64,000 nt of DNA, from assembly GCA_963745035.1 (NCBI GenBank), contig CAVUVW010000004.1, positions 7,425 through 71,424 of the forward strand. The letters run 5' to 3'. This document shows positions 9,901-18,935 of the stretch, in pieces (the stretch's first letter is position 1; each line of letters begins with the position of its first letter). Source of the stretch: an uncultured delta proteobacterium. GTDB lineage: Bacteria; Desulfobacterota; Binatia; UBA9968. Made by a program: the position numbers and the translations under genes. Under the pieces are notes generated by a model, which saw only the letters and a program-made list of their open reading frames with translations, was not told the DNA's origin and searched no databases.

Positions 9901-11048
9901 ATGGACCCGCCGGTCTCGAAGAACGCATCATCGGCATATTGTGGGATATTACCGAGCGCAAGCAGGCTGAGATTACCTTGCGCGACGCGCTAGCGGAGGT
10001 TGAACGACTGAGAAATCGGGCGGAAGCCGAGAACATCTATCTCCGCAAGGAAGTGTCCGAGACTCACCGAGCGGGAGAGATTGTCGGGCAAAGCGAAAAG
10101 ATACAAAAAGTTATCAAGCAAGTGGCGCAGGTAGCATTGACCGAGATGGGCGTACTTGTTCTTGGGGAAACGGGAACAGGCAAAGAGCTGGTCGCGCGCG
10201 CCGTGCATGAGTTGAGTGCGCGAAGAAGCCGGCCGCTCGTCAAGGTCAACTGCGCCGCGTTGCCAGAATCGCTGATTGAAAGCGAATTGTTCGGACACGA
10301 AAAGGGGGCGTTCACAGGCGCGGCCGCGCGGCAGTTGGGCCGCTTTGAAATCGCCGACGGTGGAACTATTTTTCTCGATGAGATCGGTGACCTGCCACTG
10401 GGACTCCAGGTCAAACTCCTTAGAGTCTTGCAAGAGGGAGAGTTTGAAAGAATAGGCAGCGGCAAGACGATAAAGACTAACGTTCGAGTTATTGCGGCGA
10501 CCAACCGGGATTTGACGGAGGCGATGCAAGGGGGTAGTTTTCGCTCCGACCTGTATTATCGGCTGGCTGTTTATCCAATCCTGGTTCCGCCGTTACGAGA
10601 GCGTAAGAACGATATCAAGCTGTTGGCCGGCAAATTTCTCCTGGAAGCGGGACAGCGCTTGGGCCGGACATTCGATGGAATTCCTCGTAAAATCCTGGAG
10701 GCATTGGAGTCCTATGATTGGCCGGGAAACGTAAGAGAGCTGCAAAATGTGATCGACCGGGCGGCAGTGATATCGTCTGGCACCGGCTTTCAACTGCCCG
10801 AGGAATGGATGCAAGGCGGCAGCAAAGGAAAGGCCGCTCGTGACGATTACACAGGAGCGTCTGCAAAAGTGCAGACCCAGCCTCAAGATACGACTTTGGA
10901 AGATCTTGAGCGAGCTCACATTCTGCGCGTCCTCAAGGACACCCACTGGAGAATCGAAGGGCCTAAGGGAGCCGCGGTTATTCTTGGGTTGAACCCGAGT
11001 ACCCTGCGATCGCGCATGTCCAAATTGGGTATCGGACGCTACCTGTGA
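6903..11048 (+). CDS. membrane-anchored multi-sensor sigma-54 activator (MASE1-PAS-GAF-PAS-PAS-PAS-AAA+-HTH)
   Basis: The N-terminal ~330 aa are polytopic and MASE1-like ([16 protein letters not shown], multiple hydrophobic spans). PAS-type blocks each end in DIT(D/E)RK-type linkers ([32 protein letters not shown]). A GAF-like block ([18 protein letters not shown]) is present. AAA+ motifs are [14 protein letters not shown] and RSDLYYRL. The Fis HTH reads [18 protein letters not shown]. Confidence 0.9.
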   Translation: MMGTIRTTPGTQEEDWEVKTSDLPRVTDELGPLNSGVALAGFKSIALIAVLTFLGYYIGAELAFFLRVPSTRSSIFWIPNAVLLVVLLWTSPRYWSLWLLAALPAHILTQTSQDDATAFIVLAPFVPNVLQVTLSALALRYFGAARPRFDALRETLVFVSLAVLLVPAMVSLAAGWLFVRVGWETDIWLAARGRFLSNVTTGLTVAPLLLIGLAAVHGLNARWRIKKSLEFFALVFLLMLGLLAVNQWMPATTYGFPLQLYMPLPFLLWAAVRFGTAGLAFSLLAVAVHSISETIEGRGLYAVRSPAEEVLALQLALAALGVPLVFLSSAIAERGRKDAALQQSEERYRSVVDDQTELVCRYLPDGSLTFVNAAYARYFQRRPEELIGNSFLPLIPEPQRELAKSQLSALVEKPEIRSLEHEVCAPAGEIRWQHWIDRPILDRFGRVIEIQGVGRDVTDRKRAESRLKLQSTVTRIQAEAESMPEASPRILQAVCEILGWDIGELWRLGDDGRRVIFYDSWHLPQADLSAFADASRHLDFSLGVGLPGRAWQTRKPWWIPDVAHESNFKRAALAAQAGLRSALAVPITDGQQANFVLIFFARQVCKQADADLLETMANIGDQIGLFIKRKFAENAVRESERLLRLKDEQLTRTEHLASTMVTQTSLEGRWLKVPPKLCELLGYAEEELLGRRFHEFTHPDDVDADWNQCQRLIRGEVNSFDLEKRYLCKNGKVVWVSINVSVVMDTEGRPLQFLTYIRDISRRKQAEEELRKSEAKFAGIIDIAAEAIISFDEAHKINLFNEGAERIFGYTKQEIIGQSLDTLFPETFRRDMGMRLREFASAPAVAWGEGREIFGIRKGGEEFPAEASLSYLELDGHKIFTLVLRDMSERYLAQQALWQSETRLRLAMEAGRLGYWEINPRTGEVHRTESLERIFGYSPGTMPATREAFFALVHPDDAAQLQQRSPAINAAGPVDWDIEFRIIRRDGAVRWISSRSQMLYGPAGLEERIIGILWDITERKQAEITLRDALAEVERLRNRAEAENIYLRKEVSETHRAGEIVGQSEKIQKVIKQVAQVALTEMGVLVLGETGTGKELVARAVHELSARRSRPLVKVNCAALPESLIESELFGHEKGAFTGAAARQLGRFEIADGGTIFLDEIGDLPLGLQVKLLRVLQEGEFERIGSGKTIKTNVRVIAATNRDLTEAMQGGSFRSDLYYRLAVYPILVPPLRERKNDIKLLAGKFLLEAGQRLGRTFDGIPRKILEALESYDWPGNVRELQNVIDRAAVISSGTGFQLPEEWMQGGSKGKAARDDYTGASAKVQTQPQDTTLEDLERAHILRVLKDTHWRIEGPKGAAVILGLNPSTLRSRMSKLGIGRYL

Positions 11049-11052
11049 CGAC

Positions 11053-11080
11053 TTCCGCGACATTTCGCGGATTCCGCGAA
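11053..11080. repeat. nested dyad: TTCCGCGA-CAT-TTCGCGGA-T-TCCGCGAA
   Basis: Read directly. A 17-nt palindrome (8-nt arms, 1-nt centre) lies at 11064-11080. A direct copy of TTCCGCGA lies at 11053-11060 and can pair alternatively with 11064-11071. The element starts 5 nt after the activator stop codon, with no T-tract. Confidence 0.6.
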
Positions 11081-11307
11081 TTATAGCCATTTGGGTTTGC
11101 AATAATTAGCTTTAATAAAGAACGATCACAGAGAATTAACACGGCCTGCCTTCAATCGTTTGCCATTAAATTTCAATAAGTTCAATGGAATTAAATCGGG
11201 CTCGTCGACCTCCTGCCAGATTCTTGAAGTATCGAAATTAAAACTGGCTCTCGGATTGCTGCTCATACTTGGATCAGGCTTTTTAGCCACCCATAGAAGG
11301 GGGAGCA

Positions 11308-12111
11308 ATGCATACGAACCGTGTCACGTACAATCGTCTAAAAAGCAAAGCGAGCCAGCATGAAGGCCGCGGTTTTCCATCGGCCAATCGTCGGCAGCTC
11401 CGAAAGGAAGGCGGGGAGCGCCATCAGACTGAGTGGTGCGTTGAGGCCAATGGCTGGGATCTGGCGGCGCTGGTAGCTGAAATTGAACGGATTCGGGAGA
11501 AGGAACGAAAGCAAATCGCCGACGATTTGCACGATCAACTGGGCCAGAACTTGATTTTGGCAACAATCAAGCTGGGCATGCTCGCGGGTTCGGTTTCGCA
11601 TGACCAACTGCGCGCAATTCAAGATGTCCGCCAGCTCATTGCCCAGAGTATCGATCAAGTGCGATCATTGATAAGCGGGCTTTGCCCGTGCGAATCGGAT
11701 GATCGGGATTTGGGCGCGGCTTTAGAGTGCTTGCTGGAGGAAACTCAGAAACTCTACGGTCTTCGCTGCGCTATGGATATATGGGAAATATCGGCGGCGC
11801 TTGACCACGAAAGGCAAAAGATTCTTCTTTCAGCGGTGCGGGAGCTCCTGATCAACGTTGCCAAGCATGCGGGTGTAAAGGAGGCCGAGGTTTCGCTGCG
11901 ATGCGAGGACCGAAAAATCGTCGTCCTGGTTGCGGACGAGGGATGCGGATTCGATCCGAAGCAGCCGCGACCTCCGAGGCTCAAAAGCATGGGGTTGGGA
12001 TTGATCAGCGTCGGCGAGCGGATCGCCCGGCTCGGCGGCAGCTTTAGCGTCGATTCGCGCGTCGGCCAAGGCACAAAAGCCAGGATCAGTCTGCCGATAA
12101 AATCCAAGTAG
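11308..12111 (+). CDS. soluble HisKA_3-type histidine kinase (NarX/DegS class), no sensor domain
   Basis: H-box is IADDLHDQLGQNL and N-box is LLINVAKHAG. G-boxes are DEGCGFD and GLGLISVGERIARLGG. No TM or PAS segment precedes the DHp domain. Confidence 0.85.
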   Translation: MHTNRVTYNRLKSKASQHEGRGFPSANRRQLRKEGGERHQTEWCVEANGWDLAALVAEIERIREKERKQIADDLHDQLGQNLILATIKLGMLAGSVSHDQLRAIQDVRQLIAQSIDQVRSLISGLCPCESDDRDLGAALECLLEETQKLYGLRCAMDIWEISAALDHERQKILLSAVRELLINVAKHAGVKEAEVSLRCEDRKIVVLVADEGCGFDPKQPRPPRLKSMGLGLISVGERIARLGGSFSVDSRVGQGTKARISLPIKSK

Positions 12112-13068
12112 GAGCGAGCGTGGTTACAGTTAAAAGAAGACGAAAGGTTCGGTGAGCTATCGGGATGATAGGAATCTGCTAATCGCCTTTCACATTTGGA
12201 CCTCTTCTAGAAGGGCCATAACCATCAACGCCATCATCGTTCTGCGGCGCTTTTCGTGCATTTCCTTTGCGTCGGCTAGTGAAAGCGTTTCGACCTCGGC
12301 AGCCGAATGCCGGTGCCGGAACTGCTCTGAGCGGCTCGCGATCGGGTTCGCCGAGGGATTATACTCCTGCCTTACCGGGGATCGAAGACCAGCCGAACTC
12401 TGGTTCGGCGACCGCTGAGCCGCTCATTCCACGCCTCGCAAGTTGCGCGTGGACGTTTGGCAGATCGCCGAGCGCATAATGACTACCGAGCAGCTCGAAG
12501 TGATTACCTGATCCGGGAAATGGTGAATATTCGCAGCCTCCCGGTAGCAGCGCGACCGGCCTGTCGCTGCCTCCTTGCCTAAAAACGAAAGCTCGTTGGC
12601 GCGGCCTGATATTTCCCGGGGCTCTTTTCCTTCATGTCAGACCGTTTGCGACGAGTCTCCTCGTAGAGAATGCCCATGTGATTCGGCCAGCGATGTCTCG
12701 GGATAACCATCATCTCGCTGAGGAATTTGGCACACAATATCCGCCCATGCCTGATGGCCCGGCCACCAGCCGGTGAAATACAATGCTGAAGAAACAATCA
12801 GTAAATTCAATAGGCGGGACAGTTCGATGACAACCAATGCGGGCTCGGTTGCGAGCGATTTGAAAGTTGCGCAGACGGTCAAGGTGGTTTTCTCGGCATG
12901 ACCGGACGGAAGTGAATGAAAAGGAGCCTGAAGGTGAACAGGCTCCAACTGAATGTCCGACCGGTCTGCCGCTACGAGCGTGGAGCGCAGCGGCGAATAG
13001 CGCAGTGCGAGGCGGCGCCAACTATGACCGGAAAACGATAGCTTTCCTTTGCGCAGAAGGAGGATTCC

Positions 13069-13878
13069 ATGGCCCGAGAGCGAGGGCGTTCTCTTGGCGA
13101 AAAACAAGATAGAGCAGACAGGGCGATAGCGGCTGAGAAGGCGAAGAGCCTGCGCCGTAGTGATCAATTGGCCGCCATGGGCACAGCCGCAGCCGTGCTC
13201 GCCCATGAAATGAACAACCAGCTCCATATCATTTACGGCGCGGCTCAGTTGCTGGAGCAGCATATCGCGGAGAACAGGGGAGACGATACGCTGCCAGCGC
13301 TAGTGCCACAAATCAGGAAAGGGCTTGAGCAGATTCGCTGCTTGCTGAAGGATTTCGCGAGTCTGGGACAGCCGCAAAAATTCATCCTCGAGCCGGCCGA
13401 TATCGTCGCATTGGTCCGCGAAGTGGTCAAGTCCGTGGAGCCCAGGTACGGACTGCACGGAATCGACCTTCAGTTGAATATCGCCGGCGATTTACCTGCG
13501 GTTGCAATCGATTCGCAGAAGCTCAGCCAAGCTTTACTGAACCTTTTTAAGAATGGCTTGGAAGCAATGCCCGGAGGCGGCACGCTCATAGTACGGATCT
13601 ACAAGTCGCGGGAGATTGTATGCGTGGAAGTTCAGGATAGCGGGGTGGGAATTCCCGAGGGCATGGACATCTTCGAGCCTTTTCGCACTACCAAGCCCGA
13701 GGGCACCGGCTTGGGGATGGCTATTGTCCGGCAAGTCGTCGCTGCGCACGAGGGAACGTTAACATGGACGAGCCGTGAGGGCGAGGGAACTACGTTCCGG
13801 CTGGGCCTGCCGATAACAAATTCGAAGAGGGCCACCAGAGAGTCCTTCGTTCTAGGTCTGCCGCGCATTATGCAATGA
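13069..13878 (+). CDS. soluble HisKA-type histidine kinase, no sensor domain
   Basis: RBS GAAGGAGGA lies 5 nt upstream of the ATG. H-box is VLAHEMNNQL and N-box is LLNLFKNGLEAM. G1 is QDSGVGIP and G2 is GTGLGMAIV. Confidence 0.9.
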   Translation: MARERGRSLGEKQDRADRAIAAEKAKSLRRSDQLAAMGTAAAVLAHEMNNQLHIIYGAAQLLEQHIAENRGDDTLPALVPQIRKGLEQIRCLLKDFASLGQPQKFILEPADIVALVREVVKSVEPRYGLHGIDLQLNIAGDLPAVAIDSQKLSQALLNLFKNGLEAMPGGGTLIVRIYKSREIVCVEVQDSGVGIPEGMDIFEPFRTTKPEGTGLGMAIVRQVVAAHEGTLTWTSREGEGTTFRLGLPITNSKRATRESFVLGLPRIMQ

Positions 13879-14161
13879 TTGCCCCGCAGCCAGCCTGCGG
13901 ATATCAAAACTCCTGCAATGCTTCCAATGTAAGCTGGGTGCGTTAAGAACCCAGAAGTGCCGGCGTCACGAATACAGGCGTTGCAGTTGCAGGCATGGTT
14001 TGACCTGTCATTTGGAATTTTAGTGTCTCGTGCGTATGTGGCGCTGGGCCAAGGCAGGGGCTATTCCAGGTTCGCCGTTGCGCGTTTTTCAACCGCGGAA
14101 TCAACGTTCATCAAGGAAATTTCACGCTCCGTTTCATAGACCGCAAGCAGGTCAGGTCTCT

Positions 14162-14446
14162 ATGGATATGGTCGGCGTCATTATAGGTCTGATCAGCGGT
14201 GCCGCCGGTGGCAATATTGCCGGGGCCGCGCTCAAGGATCAGAGCTTGGGAACTGTGGGTAATTCCATCGCTGGGATTTTAGGGGGAGGAATCGGCGGGA
14301 TATTGCTGCAAGCGCTCGGACTCGATGCGGGCGGAGGGGGACTCGACGTTGGATCTCTCCTCGGCAATATCGCAAGCGGGGGTGTGGGAGGCGGCATCTT
14401 GATGGTCATCATCGGTTTCCTGAAAAACGCGATGGTGAAAGCGTAG
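14162..14446 (+). CDS. small glycine-zipper membrane protein
   Basis: The internal ATG at 14162 gives MDMVGVIIGLISGAAGGNIAGAAL...GGILGGGIGGILLQALG...GGVGGGILMVIIGFL. These are repeated GxxxG-type glycine-zipper helices. The upstream part of the track ORF looks non-coding. Confidence 0.7.
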   Translation: MDMVGVIIGLISGAAGGNIAGAALKDQSLGTVGNSIAGILGGGIGGILLQALGLDAGGGGLDVGSLLGNIASGGVGGGILMVIIGFLKNAMVKA

Positions 14447-14794
14447 TTGGTCTATTCGCCGCTGCTATTTTCAGCAGGTCCCGTGTTGCTTCTCGCCCCC
14501 AGCGTCTTGCATCGCCGCGGCTTTGCCCATTTGGCGCAGGCCAGTTCGAGGATTGAACGAACGCGCGGGCGGAGCTAGGCTGACGGAGTTCGGTGCAGAG
14601 CGTCCGGCGGACAGAGTTGCCGGCGAGCGAGTCCGGCGCGCCACTACTGAAGCTGCTTGATAGCAGCGAGGCTCTTCCGGGAAAGCGAGCTACAAAATCA
14701 GGGATTCCCCGATACAAAGGGAATCCGGCGCGCAGTAGCCTCGCGACGGTAATCGGCGCAGAGAAAATAACTATTGTTTTTAGGCAGGAGTGTT

Positions 14795-15174
14795 ATGGGC
14801 CAAAAGAGCTTCGGCATCCTAGCGTCTTATGGCTTGCGGGCACCTTGTTCGGTTGCCAGGCCATCACCGGACAAACGTTAGGTCAGAACATCGATGACAC
14901 CAACATCACCACCGCGGTGAAAACCAAATTGCGAGAGTCGGCGTTGAGATATGTAACGGCGCCGACTGGCGGATTCGAACGCTCTTGGTCGGCGGTGCTC
15001 GGAGCAATGGTGGATGAAGGTGTGCGCATCAAGGCCGAAGACCGCGCGTCGGGCACCGTGCACGGCATGTATGATAACATCGGCGTGAGAAGCATCGTTC
15101 GGACACAAGCGGATGGTAGCGTGCGCGTCGAGTTCAACACCTCCGGTCATAAGATCGTGAGATCCGGTCGATAA
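14795..15174 (+). pseudogene. putative lipoprotein with BON-like start, frame break inside the signal peptide
   Basis: ATG 14795 with RBS GGCAGGAG reads MGQKSFGILAS, then runs to a stop after 28 codons. One frame over, the sequence continues VLWLAGTLFG|CQA (lipobox) followed by IDDTNITTAVKTKL. Confidence 0.5.
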
Positions 15175-15558
15175 GCGTGGGGTCGTGCGACGTGTCGCCG
15201 GCGCATGGGCAGATAGTTTCGAGAGGCCGTGTTCAGCGGGGTTCGTCAAAACCGTGAATCCCTCAACAAATAACCAGATTGGAGTCTACATTGAGCTTGA
15301 TCGGCAACATACTTTTCTGGTGCTTGATGGTCGGATTGACGATTTGGTGGTTTCCTTACCTTTCCTAGTGAAGTGTAACAACTAGATGGCGTTTGCCGTT
15401 CATGGTTCGAGAGCCTCACCACGAACGGCTTGTGCCTTGACCGTTCACCCTGACTCGTCGAAGGGTTCTTCGAACATCGACGCAGCCAGAACTACAAGTT
15501 TAAGTAGGAAAACGCGAGGAGTCTGTAAGGCGCAACCAAGGCCTGTCCAAACCTGCCC

Positions 15559-15894
15559 ATGCCGAAAACGCGCTACTGGGTGATCTTCAACAATCAGTTC
15601 CGCCCGGTGCCCGTGGTCACAGAGCCGAACTGGCCGTCGGTCATTCAGCGCGCCATGGAGACCTCGACGCGCGCGGCGACGGCAACCGCGGTGCGGCATC
15701 TCTTCGCCATTGCCGAGATCTCGCGGCTCAAGCGCAAGGCCGAGGTTGAAGTTCGTATCGTGTCGATCCCCGGGGATTGGTTCCCGCCGGTGCCGGGAAC
15801 GTTCATCAAAGAAACGATGAACAATTTGGTGGACCTCGGCGAGAAGATGGGCGCCGACCCCGCGAGCTGGAGCACCGAGCCGCCGCAGTTTTAG
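15559..15894 (+). CDS. hypothetical protein (111 aa)
   Basis: ORF only; no motif recognised. Confidence 0.3.
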   Translation: MPKTRYWVIFNNQFRPVPVVTEPNWPSVIQRAMETSTRAATATAVRHLFAIAEISRLKRKAEVEVRIVSIPGDWFPPVPGTFIKETMNNLVDLGEKMGADPASWSTEPPQF

Positions 15895-15997
15895 CAGCCC
15901 GGGTTTAAGTCGATTCCGTAAATCGCGATCGTGAGGCGAACCGTGCGAGGAACCTTCAACATTCGCAGAGTCGGACGCTCGCCGCGCACGTCGTTGA

Positions 15998-16156
15998 GTA
16001 CCTCGACGAAGGGGCGGCCCCGAAGTCAGCTACCGGGTGCTGTTAGATGAGGACGACGACGAGCTCTACCGGGTCGCCTCGGACGACGGCAAGCCTCTGC
16101 GCTGGGACACCGATCCTCTGTCCACGCGCTGGCAGCGCTTCAAAGCCGGCTTCTGA
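15998..16156 (+). pseudogene. phospholipase-D-family C-terminal remnant (copy A)
   Basis: Reads ..PEVSYRVLLDEDDDELYRVASDDGKPLRWDTDPLSTRWQRFKAGF*, which resembles the extreme C-terminus of bacterial PLD/cardiolipin-synthase-like proteins. The upstream continuation (AHVVEYLDEGAAP) is in another frame, and no HKD motif is present. Confidence 0.45.
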
Positions 16157-16168
16157 GCATCTTGCCGA
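16120..16168. repeat. 49-nt direct repeat, copy 1 (46/49 identical to 18752-18800)
   Basis: Aligned by eye: GTCCACGCGCTGGCAGCGCTTCAAAGCCGGCTTCTGAGCATCTTGCCGA versus GTCCAAGCGCTGGCAGCGCTTCAAGGCCGGTTTCTGAGCATCTTGCCGA. Weaker similarity extends about 20 nt on both sides. Confidence 0.9.
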
Positions 16169-16590
16169 ACCTCGCAGGCCGTAACGAATATCTTCTTTGG
16201 ATTACCAGCGATTGTACTGATGGCGGCGCGTTACGTCGGGTTCCATTCAGCCTGTAGTCGCCTGCTCCATACTACACTACGATGCCACTGCACCTGGGGG
16301 TCGCATATCGCCGCGCAAGCAATGCGCAGCGGCTGCAAACTGGGCGCTTCGTCCTGGCAGCTAACTCCTCTAGAGCGCACATCGTGGCCGCATGGCGAAC
16401 GTCGTCACCTGCCGTCTCTAAGGACTTCGGCAATCGAAATCCGGTTAATCCCGATGAACTTTTTATCGGTTAGGTAGATAGTAGAAGCCGAACCACAACA
16501 GTACTGCCTCCTGCTCGATGCACCGGATTTGCCTTCGTGGCGCTGGTTAAATTTGCGATCGAGGGAAAAATTTTCGCATAGGAGGAAATT

Positions 16591-17652
16591 ATGAACAGTT
16601 TGCTGGATTCGGTTAAGGATTACTTAACCCCGGACGTCATGAGGAAGATTGGCTCCGCCGCCGGAGAAACTCCCGAGAATACTAAAAGAGCCATGGATAA
16701 TATCGTTCCCACTTTGCTTTTCGGAGCAGCAAAGGTGGCCGACTCGCCCGGCGGTGACAATCAGTTGATGAGTCTGATCAACAAGCAGACAAGCGATGGC
16801 AACATCTTGAGCAACCTCGCCGGCCAACTCAGCGGCGAAAGCGCAGCGCAGGGTCTCATGAATTCCGGCCGTGATGCTGCTAAGGCGCTGTTCGGCGGCA
16901 AATTAAACTCTGTGATCGATACGCTTGCCAGGTCGCTGGGGCTCAAGAGCAGCTCGATCGCTTCTCTTCTGAGCATTGCCGCTCCTATAGTCCTGGGCGT
17001 GCTCGGCAAGGAAAGAAGCGCGCGTGGGCTAGGAGCCAGCGGTCTTGCGAGTCTGTTAAGCGGAGAGCGAAATATCCTTTCGCAAATTCTTCCGGCCGGC
17101 TTGGGCAGCGTACTTGGCTGGGGCGATGGCGGACGGACGGAGGAGCGCATCGCGGACACAGTCGGTTACGATCCCGCGCGCGCTGCATACGGAACAGTTG
17201 CTAGAGAGAAGGGCACCGACTGGTGGTTATGGCCGGTGCTCGGATTGGCGGCTCTGGGATTCCTGCTCTACTCTTTCTGGCTGCGCCCGGCCATTGTGCC
17301 GGAAGAAACCGTTGCCAAGCCGGAAATCAGACAGGAAACGCCGGCGCGTGAAGAGAGAACGGCCGCTGTGGAGGTGCCTGCGGCCGTGCAAAGAGAGCCC
17401 GCACCGGTTCCGGAAGAACCGAGCGTGGCAAGACCAGATGCGTCAATTTCGCAAAGCCCGAGCAAGGGCGGGGTCGATGTCCGGCGAGTCCAAGAGTCTC
17501 TGAAGAATCAAGGACAGAATCCGGGACCCATCGACGGCATTCTGGGATCCCGTACTCACCAGGCGATTAGACAGTTCCAAAAGGAGAATGGTCTGCAACA
17601 GACCGGCACCCTCGACGAGGCAACATTAGAAAAGCTCGGGTACAGTCGATAA
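16591..17652 (+). CDS. DUF937-like N-terminal domain / TM / Pro-Glu linker / peptidoglycan-binding (PG_binding_1) protein
   Basis: RBS AGGAGGA. The N-terminus MNSLLDSVKDYLTPDVMRKIGSAAGETPENTKRAMDNIVPTLL is DUF937-like. The TM segment is WWLWPVLGLAALGFLLYSFW. The C-terminus VRRVQESLKNQGQNPGPIDGILGSRTHQAIRQFQKENGLQQTGTLDEATLEKLG is a PG_binding_1 repeat. Confidence 0.8.
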   Translation: MNSLLDSVKDYLTPDVMRKIGSAAGETPENTKRAMDNIVPTLLFGAAKVADSPGGDNQLMSLINKQTSDGNILSNLAGQLSGESAAQGLMNSGRDAAKALFGGKLNSVIDTLARSLGLKSSSIASLLSIAAPIVLGVLGKERSARGLGASGLASLLSGERNILSQILPAGLGSVLGWGDGGRTEERIADTVGYDPARAAYGTVAREKGTDWWLWPVLGLAALGFLLYSFWLRPAIVPEETVAKPEIRQETPAREERTAAVEVPAAVQREPAPVPEEPSVARPDASISQSPSKGGVDVRRVQESLKNQGQNPGPIDGILGSRTHQAIRQFQKENGLQQTGTLDEATLEKLGYSR

Positions 17653-17814
17653 AGCGCACTCATGCAGCTGGTATCGATGATAGCTATGGCAAACGGGTGC
17701 GGCGAGAATACGCCGTAACCCCCGACTACACGGTCCAGGGAAACGTTGGTGCGTCCCATAATACGGCCGGACCTATAAAAATAAGAAATCAAGCAAACCG
17801 GAAGAGGTAAGCGT

Positions 17815-18306
17815 ATGTCGAAAGAAAATGATTACAGTCCGGAAGAATGGAAGGTTATATCTGCGGCGCCCATGATGGCAGGCTTGCTGGTGTCGATGTC
17901 GGATGTGAGCGGTCCTATCGGACTCGCCAAAGAGGCGATAGTGCTCGTCAAGGTGGTAAATGAGCGTACCCAGGAGACTGGCAATGAGTTGATCAACAGC
18001 ATCAGCGAAGAAATCAAAGCTCAACGCGGTAGAACGGATTTGTCAGAACTACGGAGTGATCCGGCGAGCGTCCGCACCTTATTGATTGACCGCTGTAAGC
18101 AAGCCGTTGCTCTTGTCGGACAGAAGTCGCCCGCCGAAGCGGACGACTATAAGAAGTGGTTGGTGTCGTTGGCGAAAGAGACGGCTTCGGCTTCCAAGGA
18201 AGGCGGGTTTCTCGGTTTTGGCGGCACCGTAGTCAGTGGAGCAGAAACCTCTGCGGTGCATGACTTGGCCTTGGCTCTGGGGGTGAAAGACCCTTTATCC
18301 AGTTAG
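17815..18306 (+). CDS. conserved hypothetical protein (163 aa)
   Basis: RBS GGAAGAGG precedes a clean ORF with a helical, non-biased composition (..KEGGFLGFGGTVVSGAETSAVHDLALALG). No family assigned. Confidence 0.65.
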   Translation: MSKENDYSPEEWKVISAAPMMAGLLVSMSDVSGPIGLAKEAIVLVKVVNERTQETGNELINSISEEIKAQRGRTDLSELRSDPASVRTLLIDRCKQAVALVGQKSPAEADDYKKWLVSLAKETASASKEGGFLGFGGTVVSGAETSAVHDLALALGVKDPLSS

Positions 18307-18479
18307 TGGCGATCCGGATTTGCCCTAAATCTCGGCGGCTTCTTCAAGGCGAATTGACCACGGCGCTTTATCCGCATCCCTTGAGGCACGACTTGGCCAC
18401 GCTCAAGGCCAAGCGACTATCCTCCGCAACTTCATGGACGCCGGGACCGGGTCGTGTACGACCGCCCGTCGGCGATTAA

Positions 18480-18817
18480 CCATTCCAAGGCGCGCGTCTA
18501 TGGCGCGCGCTGGGAAAGCGGCTCGAGTCGTTGGACAAGGAGATACTGATCGAATCGGCCTACTTCATCCTCTTGGCGCGCGGCGTCGACGTGGTCAAAG
18601 GCTGGACGCTCGCGGCATCCGGGTCCATGTCGCCACCAACTCGCTCGCTGCAACGATGTCCCGCTTGCCTTTGCCGGCTACTCGATATGCCGCAAAGAGC
18701 TGATTCGAGCGGGCGTGATCCAGGAGGTGCGCTGGGGACACACCGATCCGTGTCCAAGCGCTGGCAGCGCTTCAAGGCCGGTTTCTGAGCATCTTGCCGA
18801 TCATCGAGCCGCTGTAA
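18480..18817 (+). pseudogene. phospholipase-D-family remnant (copy B), multiply frameshifted and internally deleted
   Basis: PLD-family blocks are spread over three or more frames. The blocks are LDKEILIESAYFIL, RGIRVHVATNSLAAT, DVPLAFAGYS.CRKELIRAGV and VRWGHTDP..KRWQRFKAGF*. The region that should hold the second HKD motif is missing. Confidence 0.55.
18752..18800. repeat. 49-nt direct repeat, copy 2
   Basis: See 16120-16168. It covers the last codons, the stop and 12 nt of 3' flank of the PLD-like remnant. Confidence 0.9.
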
Positions 18818-18837
18818 GAATAAAGTAAGTAAGACTG

Positions 18838-18887
18838 AAAACTAGGAATAGAAAAGTACAAGAGTAACAAAGTAAAAGAGTATGAGC
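18838..18887. repeat. AT-rich element: AAAACTA head + 4 tandem 8-nt units (GTACAAGA GTAACAAA GTAAAAGA GTATGAGC)
   Basis: GTA triplets at 18856, 18864, 18872 and 18880 show an exact 8-nt period. The same head and first units recur at 20514-20564. Confidence 0.75.
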
Positions 18888-18935
18888 GATGTACGGATAG
18901 CAATGACGCGAGCTTAATAAAAAAAGGAGGACACA

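Noticed and set aside
12150-13060. A possible degraded alpha/beta-hydrolase on the minus strand (fragments ..GHSLRGD.. and ..LLPGGCEYSPFPGSGNHFELLG..).
   Set aside because: The fragments are short, lie in different frames, and are spaced too closely for a normal Ser-to-His distance. The evidence is too weak to call.
16535-16552. Sigma-54 promoter candidates (for example CTGGTTAAATTTGCG upstream of 16591 and GATGGCATCAAGTG near 19590).
   Set aside because: The GG-to-GC spacing is 10 instead of 12, or the -12 TTGC element is missing. No convincing TGGCAC-N5-TTGC was found in any intergenic region that I scanned.
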